Below are positions 29,950 to 39,359 of a DNA stretch of 64,000 bases, piece after piece; position 1 is the first letter of the stretch; each line of letters opens with the position of its first letter. The stretch is from Candidatus Heimdallarchaeota archaeon (GTDB lineage Archaea; Asgardarchaeota; Heimdallarchaeia; Hodarchaeales; Hodarchaeaceae), in the NCBI GenBank assembly GCA_019057635.1, contig DXJL01000113.1, forward strand, positions 32,001-96,000, in the 5' to 3' direction. A program made the translations under genes and the position numbers. The notes below the pieces were generated by a model, which was not told where the DNA came from, searched no databases, and saw only the letters and a program-made list of their open reading frames with translations.

Positions 29950-31263
29950 TCAATCTTTTTTCGTATACCGTCGTTTTTTATGTTTTGAGTCTTTTCTTGG
30001 CCCAGATTTCTTTGATCCTTTTTGATACAGTTTTCCGCGCTTTCCTCTAGGTTTATAGTCTTTTTTCTTCTGCTTTCTTGTTCTCTGCTTCTCTGAAGGC
30101 TCGGGGAAGGATTCCTTTATCTCGTCTATTCTTTTCTCAAGATCTTTTAATAACGTTGGAGCAATAAACTCGCCACTGAAAAAGTCAACTCGTGCAGCAA
30201 TACTCAATTTTCCCGCTAATGCCCTAGCAATCTTCCCTCTCTGATGCATTTTTGCAGAATGAATGAATTGAGATTGAAAGATGACACCATGTTTCGGAGG
30301 ATCTTCTCCTGATCTTAAATGCCTGAATAATGCTTTTTCTGCACCTAGGACTTGAATTGTTCCTGAAGATTTTTTTGCTAGATTCTCCAAACTCCCTACA
30401 AGGGAGATGAGACGAGCTCCAAGCAAACTTCCTACAAGTAATTGTAAGTTAGGAGCTACTTCCTTCATGCTTTCTTCAATGTATTTTTCTAAGGTTTCTT
30501 TAGTGTTAAGGATTTCCACCCCAAAGGATGCCAAATTGGATATCGGATTCATATCATATGTTGAAATTTCAGCACCAAGAGATTTTTCTGCAGCTTCGTG
30601 AATTAGTTCTTGTCTTCGTTCAGATAGTGAAACAATTTCATCGGTTGCTATTTCTGACCGAAGCTTTCCCTGCATTTTTGATACAAGTCTTATGTATTGA
30701 TTATTATCTCTCACCAATTCTTGTAATTCTGGAAAATGAATCCCATACCATTCTGATAAGCGAGCAAAAATCAAGTTTATAATTGAATTAATATCATCAA
30801 TACTATTAATTGCTTGAGCAAGATATTTATCCCTAGCTTCTACGTTCTCCCGTAAGAGAGTCTGAGTATGAACAAGAGATTTCTTGCGCATTAAAGAGAT
30901 AAGATCTGTTGGACTTGCTAGATTTAATTTTTCGACAAGATATTCATTTATATTGGTTCTAAATGTGGAAAATTCTCCTGTACTTGCAAAACGAACCTGA
31001 TCATATCCAATCTCCCGTAAATGGTCAACTACCATTGCATTATCAGAAACAATTTCTTCTGTTATGTCTGGTAAGGCCTTTCGTATTTCTTCCTCATGCT
31101 CGTGAAGAAAAACTTGGAACTCATCAGTTAAAATTGTTTCAGTGTTTGTAAACATAACGGAATCAAATATCTTTGTCGATTCAGAAGTCATCTCTCCAAA
31201 GATAACCCCTGCTGCTGATACTAGTACGCCTTTCAATTTTACACACCCGATTATATAATTCAT
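29950..31263 (-). CDS. nop5: Nop5 (Nop56/58) box C/D protein
   Basis: WYGIHFPEL, IQVLGAEKALF and PKHG motifs; lysine-rich tail. Confidence 0.96.
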   Translation of the reverse strand: MNYIIGCVKLKGVLVSAAGVIFGEMTSESTKIFDSVMFTNTETILTDEFQVFLHEHEEEIRKALPDITEEIVSDNAMVVDHLREIGYDQVRFASTGEFSTFRTNINEYLVEKLNLASPTDLISLMRKKSLVHTQTLLRENVEARDKYLAQAINSIDDINSIINLIFARLSEWYGIHFPELQELVRDNNQYIRLVSKMQGKLRSEIATDEIVSLSERRQELIHEAAEKSLGAEISTYDMNPISNLASFGVEILNTKETLEKYIEESMKEVAPNLQLLVGSLLGARLISLVGSLENLAKKSSGTIQVLGAEKALFRHLRSGEDPPKHGVIFQSQFIHSAKMHQRGKIARALAGKLSIAARVDFFSGEFIAPTLLKDLEKRIDEIKESFPEPSEKQRTRKQKKKDYKPRGKRGKLYQKGSKKSGPRKDSKHKKRRYTKKD

Positions 31264-31438
31264 GCAAACCTATTCCCAGATATAATTCTTTCTTTCAAAA
31301 TCATTAGTTGCTATAAATCAATCTGAGGAGGAAGAACGATCTCTACTCTGTTCTAATGTAAACTTTGGTTAGAAGATACTTTTTTTATAATGGGTAAAAC
31401 CTATATTGAAATGCTTAAAGCGAAAACTGGAATAGAAA

Positions 31439-31624
31439 ATGATGCGACAAAAACCCATAAGTATCAAAATTCCTGATCAAATACTCATTCTCATCGATAA
31501 CTTCGTACGCCTTGGCCAATATGAATCAAGATCCCATTTTTTGCGTATGGCTATTGAGGAGTTGCTTAAACAGGAAAGGGAAACTTGGGATAAATTAGTG
31601 GATCAGATTTCACAGAAAGAATAA
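31439..31624 (+). CDS. Ribbon-helix-helix (CopG-like) regulator
   Basis: ISIKIP......ID..V..G.Y.SRS..LR.AI..LL. Confidence 0.88.
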   Translation: MMRQKPISIKIPDQILILIDNFVRLGQYESRSHFLRMAIEELLKQERETWDKLVDQISQKE

Positions 31625-31636
31625 CTTGGATGAATT

Positions 31637-32218
31637 ATGTATTCATTTTCTCAGGAGGAAAAGCAGCAACTTCTTTTTGCATGTATTATTTTTGTAATAG
31701 TCGAACTCTCAATACTTATAAATTTTTTAAACCTTCTAGAGCTATTAATCACTGGCGTTTTAATTCTCCCACTATTCGCATTACACGAATTAGCCCATAA
31801 ATATACAGCTGTGAGATATGGATTTCCTGCAAAATTTCATTTAGATCAAAGTATGGCTGTACTTTCACTAATGACGGTATTATTTCCTTTTAAAATAATC
31901 GCGCCTGGTGCAATTATTTGGTATGGTAATCCTTCTAGCAGAATTAGAGCCAATGTCTCAATAATGGGACCTTTAGTCAATATCTTTTTAGGAGGATTTT
32001 TATTAATCACTTCGACTTTTCTCCCCCCTTTGTGGGGTTTTATCATAGTTTTCATCAGTAAAGCTTCATTTGATATCGCCCTCTTCAATCTTCTACCATT
32101 CTCTATCTTAGATGGAGCAAAGGTCTATAGATGGAATCAAGAGGTTTATTTCATAATATTTGGTTTTACAGCCTTAATTTGGCTTTTTCATCCTCTAGGC
32201 ATATTGAGTGGAATTTAA
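31637..32218 (+). CDS. M50 (site-2) family membrane metalloprotease
   Basis: HELAH, GP.VN and FNLLP...LDG motifs. Confidence 0.9.
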   Translation: MYSFSQEEKQQLLFACIIFVIVELSILINFLNLLELLITGVLILPLFALHELAHKYTAVRYGFPAKFHLDQSMAVLSLMTVLFPFKIIAPGAIIWYGNPSSRIRANVSIMGPLVNIFLGGFLLITSTFLPPLWGFIIVFISKASFDIALFNLLPFSILDGAKVYRWNQEVYFIIFGFTALIWLFHPLGILSGI

Positions 32219-32220
32219 CA

Positions 32221-32610
32221 ATGAATTATTTAACTTCAAAAGAAAAACGTTCACTAGGGATAGCAATCGGACTCATTCTATCCTTACTACTCACTTTTCT
32301 TTTATATTCGGGAAATAATGAACCATTATTACTTCTGTCTTGGGGAATAATATCAATTTTATTCTCATTAATTATTGCCTATACGTTTGTTTTTCAATCA
32401 ACACCCTCCCATTCTGAGATAAGGGATTCATTTAGTCCGAGAATAATTCCACCTTCCAAAATAAGGAAAAAAACACAAATTCAGGGGCAATGCAGTCAGT
32501 GTGGATCACCTACTTTGCTTGGATTTACTTGTTCATATTGTGGAAGATATTTTTGTACAAATCATCGTCTTCCAGAAAAACATGAATGCACTGGGCTATA
32601 CCACAAATAA
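32221..32610 (+). CDS. Two-TM protein with C-terminal AN1-type zinc finger
   Basis: CSQC..FTCSYCGRYFCTNHRLPEKHEC; ATG at 32221 follows the M50 stop. Confidence 0.85.
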   Translation: MNYLTSKEKRSLGIAIGLILSLLLTFLLYSGNNEPLLLLSWGIISILFSLIIAYTFVFQSTPSHSEIRDSFSPRIIPPSKIRKKTQIQGQCSQCGSPTLLGFTCSYCGRYFCTNHRLPEKHECTGLYHK

Positions 32611-32618
32611 AAACAGAT

Positions 32619-34085
32619 TTAAGAAGAAATCGCATGTACAAATTCTGATATAAGAAGATTGAGTATACCTAAACAAAGAAACAAGAAGTAAAAGGCATTG
32701 AACAGATAAAAACCTCCAAGGGTACAATACTTGACGAAACCAAGAACAAGAATGAGCATATAAATCAATTCCACAATTGTAAGTCTATCTAAAGGAATAT
32801 GATTGTGGATTTTTTGGCGAGACGAATCACCTATTCCTGATACGTTATATTTTGGTGTTCTTACAAATTCTCCTCCTTTCATTACAAACCCTGTGAGCGT
32901 TCCCACTGCCATTCGTACAACCAAACCTCCTCCCCAAAAGAGGAAAAGAGGGATAAGGATTAAAACCCACCTTGCTCTTTCTGCGCGAATAATTGCTGAT
33001 GCATAAGCAACAATTCCGCAGAATGTAGCAACTGCAAAAAGGAGTCCAAAAATAAAAAAAGGCTCTGTGTCTAACGAGGGGCTAAATATCAACAATGTGC
33101 TTGTGATTGTATTAATTACTATCATAAAAGGAAAGAGATACTGAGTCAGATGAACTGTACCTTGTATTTTACATACAAATGAACAGTTAGGAGATAGAAA
33201 CAAAAATGAGAGAAAATTTTTTCTGATATTTTGTGAAAACCCCTTAGACCATCTACTCTGTTGGATGATCCATGAACGAAGAGTTGGGGGGATTTCTTGA
33301 TTATTAACTACACCAGTTAAATAAACAAGTTCATAACCCTTCATTTGAGCTCTATAGGCAAGATCTAAATCTTCAGCCAAGGTATCTGAGGACCAATCTC
33401 CGCTTGCATCTATCGCTGCTCGCCTCCAAATACCACCCGTTCCATTAAAGGATATATAGGCACTTAAACTCTTCCGTCCGATTTTTTCAACCCAAAAATG
33501 ACCATCTAATCCAATGGACATAGCACGTGTGAATAATGAATAATTTAGATTGGAGTACCCCCACCTAGCCTGTACGGCTCCAATATCATTTCTATCCTTG
33601 AAATAATGGATACAATTAAGTAAAAAATTCGGATTAATTACAAAATCTGAATCAAATATTGCAACAAATTCAGAATTATCTTTATTCAATCCATTTCTTA
33701 AAGCACCTGCTTTGAATCCATCTCGTGTAGATCTTCGAATGATATTTACATTAAATCCTTTTTCTTTTAAACGCTTGATATTTAATTCAATCAATCTTGA
33801 AGTATCATCTGTGGAATCATCAAGAATTTGAAATTTTAAACGATCTAATGGATAAATAATATTCTCCAAATTTACTAGCGTTTTCTCTATTATTTTTGAT
33901 TCATTATAAATAGGTAACTGAATAGTAACAGTAGGAAGCTCCAATTCACTATATTTCTCTTTAGGGATGGGATCCTTCCAATTAACAGACGTAATTGTAA
34001 GGAAGAACAAATTAACAGGATATGGGATAATGATAAGAGCAGAAATTAAATTTAAACTTAATATTATTAAGAGAATTAAATCCAT
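32619..34085 (-). CDS. Processive GT2 glycosyltransferase (CslA/cellulose-synthase-like)
   Basis: QLPIYNE, DDSTD, GFKAGAL, AEDLDL and QQSRW motifs; multiple TMs. Confidence 0.92.
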   Translation of the reverse strand: MDLILLIILSLNLISALIIIPYPVNLFFLTITSVNWKDPIPKEKYSELELPTVTIQLPIYNESKIIEKTLVNLENIIYPLDRLKFQILDDSTDDTSRLIELNIKRLKEKGFNVNIIRRSTRDGFKAGALRNGLNKDNSEFVAIFDSDFVINPNFLLNCIHYFKDRNDIGAVQARWGYSNLNYSLFTRAMSIGLDGHFWVEKIGRKSLSAYISFNGTGGIWRRAAIDASGDWSSDTLAEDLDLAYRAQMKGYELVYLTGVVNNQEIPPTLRSWIIQQSRWSKGFSQNIRKNFLSFLFLSPNCSFVCKIQGTVHLTQYLFPFMIVINTITSTLLIFSPSLDTEPFFIFGLLFAVATFCGIVAYASAIIRAERARWVLILIPLFLFWGGGLVVRMAVGTLTGFVMKGGEFVRTPKYNVSGIGDSSRQKIHNHIPLDRLTIVELIYMLILVLGFVKYCTLGGFYLFNAFYFLFLCLGILNLLISEFVHAISS

Positions 34086-34255
34086 CTTTCAATTATCCTA
34101 TATGATAAGTTGATTGAGAAAAAGAAATATTTAATTTATGCCTATATTTCATATATCAAGTAAATTCCATTCTCATCTTTAGATAAATTGTGCAGAACGA
34201 GTAAATAGTAATTAAAAAGGCTATTGATCCTCAACTATTCTCCAGGTGCTATGAT

Positions 34256-35767
34256 TTGGTAAATGACTTAATTTCAACTCTTGAAATGTCTATCGCTGAT
34301 GTAAATGCAGATTATCTTGGAGTAAAAAGAATAATTCTGATGGAAAACGCTGGAAGGGGGTTAGCTGAATTTATATGGGACATTTGTAAGGAATCTCATT
34401 GTTCATCTATCGTTATTATTGCAGGTAAAGGCGGGAATGGAGGCGATGGGATGGTTGCAGCACGTCATCTCGCCAATAAAACTAAAGTTTCTCTTTATTT
34501 AGTAGGGGCAAAAGAGGATATCAAGAAACATTCAACCCGAAAAAATTGGGAGATTCTAGAGAATCTACCACATTCTATTAGCGTAAATGAAGTAAGCGAT
34601 CCTGTAGATTTAAATAAAATAAATATCAGTAAAAAGACAATAATTGTTGATGCACTATTTGGAACTGGAGTTCGTGGAGAAATTACTGGTCATTATTCCA
34701 AAGTTATTTCCTATATTAACTCATGCGAAAAGAAAGGGGCTATTATAATATGTGTTGATACCCCCTCAGGAATCGATCCGAATACCGGTCAAAAAGCCAA
34801 TATTTTCGTCAAAGGTCATTATACGGTAGTTTTTCATAAACAGAAACAAGGATTAACAGTAGAGAATTCAGGCAAAATCACAGTTATTTCAATAGGAATT
34901 CCCCCAGAAGCAGAATTTATTGTTGGTCCTGGAGATCTATTGGCGCTTTCTAATAAAAATAAATGGGTAAAAAAAGGAGATCAAGGAAAAATACTCGTGA
35001 TAGGGGGAAATGAAAAATATTCTGGGGCCCCAGCTCTAGCAGCTATGGGGGCCTTACAAGCAGGTTCAGATTTAGTGACAATTATTGCTCCTAAACACGT
35101 TTCACATGCTATTCGTTCCTACACTCCAGAGTTTATAGTCGATAGCTATCCATCCTCCCACCTAACATCTGAATCACTACCTTTTCAACAAATGAAAGAA
35201 ACTGATTCAATAGTATTAGGGCCCGGATTAGGACGTCATTCTGATACTCAAAAAGCGGTGGAAAAAATTCTTAAATTCACAAAAACACATGATATTCCAT
35301 TAGTTATAGATGCAGATGCATTACATCTTATTAACCGATCTCAATTGTACTCAAAGGTTATTCTTACACCTCATGCGGGCGAGTTTGCAGTTCTAACTGG
35401 AATTATATTACCTTCTGGTTTTTCTTCATTTTCAGAGAGACTAAATGCAGTATTAAAAGCAACTAAAGATTCTCCCGCAGTATGGTTAGTTAAGGGCCCA
35501 TGGGATATCATATCTTGTTCTGAGAAGTATAAGATTAATAAATCTGGTGTCCCTGAAATGTCACGTGGGGGTACTGGAGATATTCTAGCAGGTTTAACCG
35601 CAGGTTTTGTAAACAAAACAAAAAATCTTTTCTACGCAGCCACGATTTCGGCATTTATTAACGGGAAAGCTGGAGAGCTGTCTCGTAGGGATTTTTCCAC
35701 ATCAAATTTGCTAACAAAAATACCCGAAGCACTGCGATCTAGTTGGAATTTTATCTCTGAAGATTAG
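34256..35767 (+). CDS. nnr: Bifunctional NAD(P)H-hydrate epimerase/dehydratase
   Basis: LMENAG, GNGGDG, TPHAGEF and GGTGD motifs. Confidence 0.95.
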   Translation: MVNDLISTLEMSIADVNADYLGVKRIILMENAGRGLAEFIWDICKESHCSSIVIIAGKGGNGGDGMVAARHLANKTKVSLYLVGAKEDIKKHSTRKNWEILENLPHSISVNEVSDPVDLNKINISKKTIIVDALFGTGVRGEITGHYSKVISYINSCEKKGAIIICVDTPSGIDPNTGQKANIFVKGHYTVVFHKQKQGLTVENSGKITVISIGIPPEAEFIVGPGDLLALSNKNKWVKKGDQGKILVIGGNEKYSGAPALAAMGALQAGSDLVTIIAPKHVSHAIRSYTPEFIVDSYPSSHLTSESLPFQQMKETDSIVLGPGLGRHSDTQKAVEKILKFTKTHDIPLVIDADALHLINRSQLYSKVILTPHAGEFAVLTGIILPSGFSSFSERLNAVLKATKDSPAVWLVKGPWDIISCSEKYKINKSGVPEMSRGGTGDILAGLTAGFVNKTKNLFYAATISAFINGKAGELSRRDFSTSNLLTKIPEALRSSWNFISED

Positions 35768-36375
35768 TTCGAGAGCTGCAATCTATCTGCTTCGAAAGCA
35801 TCAATTTCCTCAAGAATTCCAAATATTTTATGGATCGATTGGTAAACATATTCTTCCTTTTTTGCACCCGTGCATACCAATTTTCCTGATTGAAAGAGAA
35901 GAAGTACTACTTTTGGTTCTTGCATTCGGTAAATTAGTCCTGGAAATTGCTCTGGTTCATACATGGAATGCTCTAATAAGAGGGCAGCCAATTCAAGATT
36001 TATTCTCTTTCCTAAGGTTCCAGAAGCAACAATATTTTGAACTGTTATTGTGGCTTCATGCTTCACATTGTGACCTGCTTGCCGTAATAATTCAGAAATG
36101 ACCTCAACAGCTTCCTGGATCATTTCTACTGATTTGGCACCAGTTACAACAAGTTTTCCAGAGGAAAAAACCAGTATTGAGACTTTTGGTTTTTTGATCT
36201 TGACTACGACACCTGGAAACTGCTCAGGTATGTAAGAAACTTGCACATCTCCGGGAAGACGGCTTGCGGCTCTTTCAAGCTTAATTTTACAGCGTAAATC
36301 TACTGAAGCAACTACATTTTGAACTTCAGCAAATATTTCATCTTTAATTGACTCATTTGACATGATAATCACCAT
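35764..36375 (-). CDS. tbp: TATA-binding protein
   Basis: Two repeats of NVVAS/NIVAS, Y.PEQFPG and F.SGKLV.TGAK. Confidence 0.98.
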   Translation of the reverse strand: MVIIMSNESIKDEIFAEVQNVVASVDLRCKIKLERAASRLPGDVQVSYIPEQFPGVVVKIKKPKVSILVFSSGKLVVTGAKSVEMIQEAVEVISELLRQAGHNVKHEATITVQNIVASGTLGKRINLELAALLLEHSMYEPEQFPGLIYRMQEPKVVLLLFQSGKLVCTGAKKEEYVYQSIHKIFGILEEIDAFEADRLQLSN

Positions 36376-36425
36376 CGTAACAAAATTAAGAGCGAGTATA
36401 CAATGTGAAGAAAAATTAAGGGAAA

Positions 36426-36503
36426 ATCTATTCTTCTAGAATAGATACAGACCCTTCTACTTATTAAAAAACCAAACTTATAAGCATTTATAAGGTTTAT
36501 AAG
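36426..36503. promoter_or_regulatory. Inverted repeat and triple TTATAAG upstream of tbp
   Basis: ATCTATTCT-N3-AGAATAGAT at 36426-36446; TTATAAG at 36478, 36488 and 36497. Confidence 0.5.
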
Positions 36504-36844
36504 CTGAGTTCAGTTTTTTTCTGAAATGTTTTCGAATGAATGTTTGGTAAACTGACTTTCCTATATTGAAACTAGGATTTTTGTTTTTATATGCGATGAA
36601 TTATTATTTTAAATATTTTCTGTTGGTGAAATTATAGAAGTAATTGGATTTTCTAAAGAACAGCTTATTTATAGAAAAAGACTTAGGAGATCAGTATATC
36701 CTTACTCTAGGTTCAATATTCAGAAATATTTTCTTTCGATTTTTAGCTAAAATATCGAAGAAATTGATTTCTTTTCCAATACTTATTTAAAAGCCTATCC
36801 ATTATATAAAACCCATTCGAGGTTTCAACTGGAGGGCAAGTTGT

Positions 36845-37783
36845 TTGACGCCACCTGAACAAAAATGTCCCGAATGCGGTAGTAACGATATTGTAATGGA
36901 CATGACAAAAGGCACTTCAATTTGTGCATCATGTGGACTTGTTATTGATTTACAAATCGATTTAGGCCCAGAGTGGCGAGCTTATAATTCAACTGAACTT
37001 CAAGAACGCGCTCGAGCAGGAGGCCCCATCACTCCACTTAAAGCGGAAATGGGTTTACGAACTCAAATCGGAAATATTAGAAAAGATATTTCGGGAAGGA
37101 CTCTTCCATTTTCTTCACAAACTAAGTATAGGCGGCTTTCACGAATTGATAACCGAACAAGAAAATCGGAAATCAGAAATTTACGCTTTGCCTTAAAGGA
37201 ATTAAAACGAATTAAAAGTCAACTTGAACTACCAGAAGATGTGGCCGAAATGGGAGCCATGATATATCGTAAAGCACTGAAAAAAAACCTCATTCGCGGG
37301 CGTTCGATTGATGGGATGATCGCAGCTAGTTTGTACCTTGCCTGTCGAAAAAAGAAACTCCCCCAAACATTAAAAGATATCGCTTCAGTATCTAATATCT
37401 CTTCCAAAGAATTAGGCAGATGTATAAGAATTATTCTTCAAAAATTAGATTTGAAAGTTAGTCCAAGCGATTATTCCGCGTTAGTTCATCGTCTTGGAAT
37501 TAACCTTCGTGTTACCATGAGAGCTCGTCGACAAGCCGTAAAAATATTAAATATTGCCCGATTACGAGGAGCTACGGTTGGTAAAAATCCAATGAGCCTA
37601 GCAGCTGCATCACTATATATCGCAACAATACAAACTGGTGAGCGCCGTACACAACAAGAAATCGCTACGGCCGCCAAAATTACTCCTGTCACAATCAGAA
37701 ATCGATTCAAAGAATTAGTAAAAATTATTGATGCGGAGTCTTCGAAGGATGGTCATGATCCTCTTCAATCTTTACTTGTTTAG
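36845..37783 (+). CDS. tfb: Transcription initiation factor IIB
   Basis: CPEC..CASC zinc ribbon, GPEWR, RGRS and two cyclin repeats. Confidence 0.96.
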   Translation: MTPPEQKCPECGSNDIVMDMTKGTSICASCGLVIDLQIDLGPEWRAYNSTELQERARAGGPITPLKAEMGLRTQIGNIRKDISGRTLPFSSQTKYRRLSRIDNRTRKSEIRNLRFALKELKRIKSQLELPEDVAEMGAMIYRKALKKNLIRGRSIDGMIAASLYLACRKKKLPQTLKDIASVSNISSKELGRCIRIILQKLDLKVSPSDYSALVHRLGINLRVTMRARRQAVKILNIARLRGATVGKNPMSLAAASLYIATIQTGERRTQQEIATAAKITPVTIRNRFKELVKIIDAESSKDGHDPLQSLLV

Positions 37784-37805
37784 AAGGATAAATTAGAATA
37801 CGATT

Positions 37806-38507
37806 TTATGATACATCTTCAACCGAAGATACTATTCCATCCTTAATGTGGAAGATTCTATTTGCCTCTTTGGCAATATTGGAATCGTGAGTGACAAGAA
37901 TCAAGGTTTGATTTTCAGTTTTATTTACTTCTCTCAACAAACTCAATACTGCTTGTCCCGATTCCGTATCCAAATCTCCAGTAGGCTCATCAGCTAATAA
38001 TATAGTTGGTTTGTTGGCAAGGGAACGCGCTATTGCGACTCTTTGACGTTCTCCTCCACTTAATTCATCTGGTTTATGATCTTTGCGCCTCAACAGATCC
38101 ACTTTCTCGAGTAATTCTGTTGCTCTTTTCACGCGTCTATCCTTTGGTATTCCTGCTATCAACATTGGTAATTCGACGTTTTCTAATGCAGTCAGGACGG
38201 GAAGTAAATTATAAAATTGAAATATAAATCCTACACTTTTTCGTCTAATTTCTGTAAGTTGTTGTTCGCTTGCTCGAGATATATCGCTTCCTTCAAGTAA
38301 AACTTGTCCAGAGGACGGATTATCTAATGAACCAATAATATTGAGAAGGGTTGTCTTCCCACAGCCGCTAGGACCCATTATAGAAATCATTTCTCCCCTG
38401 TTTATTTTCATATTAATCCCTCTCAAAGCATCGACCCTCACTTCTCCTAAGATGTAAGATTTCCTTAGATTTCTACATTCAACAACTATATCTTGACCTG
38501 ATGCCAT
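37806..38507 (-). CDS. ABC ATPase, LolD/MacB type (no permease adjacent)
   Basis: GPSGCGKTT, LSGGERQR, DEPTG and VTHD motifs. Confidence 0.95.
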   Translation of the reverse strand: MASGQDIVVECRNLRKSYILGEVRVDALRGINMKINRGEMISIMGPSGCGKTTLLNIIGSLDNPSSGQVLLEGSDISRASEQQLTEIRRKSVGFIFQFYNLLPVLTALENVELPMLIAGIPKDRRVKRATELLEKVDLLRRKDHKPDELSGGERQRVAIARSLANKPTILLADEPTGDLDTESGQAVLSLLREVNKTENQTLILVTHDSNIAKEANRIFHIKDGIVSSVEDVS

Positions 38508-38755
38508 TTAAACCGCCTTCAACTACTTTTTTAATTCAAATAATATTGTACAGTAGATTAATTGGTCAAGGCAGCGATTCAATTACGAGTTATTAACATT
38601 TTTATGAAGGAAAGAAATTTATTATCTCGTTACAACCAAATTCCAACGATCTGACAATTCAAGTCATTATATAATAAGTATTGAAAACTTGTCGTTAGAA
38701 TAAGGGCTTATCGGGGTAAAAACTTTATAAAAAAACAAGAGAGACAGTTTTTTTA

Positions 38756-39193
38756 ATGACAAAAATTGAATCGACAGCAGCAAAATTACTAAAAAGGCCA
38801 ATGGCAAAAACGATCATGAAACTACTTGCTGACGATGATCTTTCCATCCCTCAAATAGTAAAAAAAATGCAGAGTTCAGATATTCAAACAATTATTGCGT
38901 TTTTTGCTGAATTACAGCATTTTGGACTAATCGAACTAACTGATCCATCTTCGAGAAAATCAGCAGAAAATATACAAGAAGAATCTCAGAATTTACTTGA
39001 TTTTGAAATTTTAGCTCCAAGAGCGACTCAGTTCCCTCCATTAGGAATTTCTGTATTGGAATATAATATATTATGGGATGATTTTTCAAGAGATAATGGT
39101 CAAATCAACCTTCAACAGCTAGAAAACTTAACTTTTACCGTTCCTAGCAATTTAAAACACCTTTTTAAAACTGAAAGGCCAAGTAATGTTTAG
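38756..39193 (+). CDS. Hypothetical protein with N-terminal winged helix
   Basis: I...L....LSIPQI..........F.EL...GLI. Confidence 0.55.
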   Translation: MTKIESTAAKLLKRPMAKTIMKLLADDDLSIPQIVKKMQSSDIQTIIAFFAELQHFGLIELTDPSSRKSAENIQEESQNLLDFEILAPRATQFPPLGISVLEYNILWDDFSRDNGQINLQQLENLTFTVPSNLKHLFKTERPSNV

Positions 39194-39359
39194 AAATAAT
39201 CGAATCTATTCCCCTGTTAGTATTTCTGATAGCTGAAACTCATCTCTTCATGAAGGAAATTAAGAAAAGTTTTTCACTATTAGTTAATTTAGCTCCTAAC
39301 GGCATTAAATTTTTACTCTTTCAATCTTGGGGTTAATCTTGATATATAAAAGGAAATAA

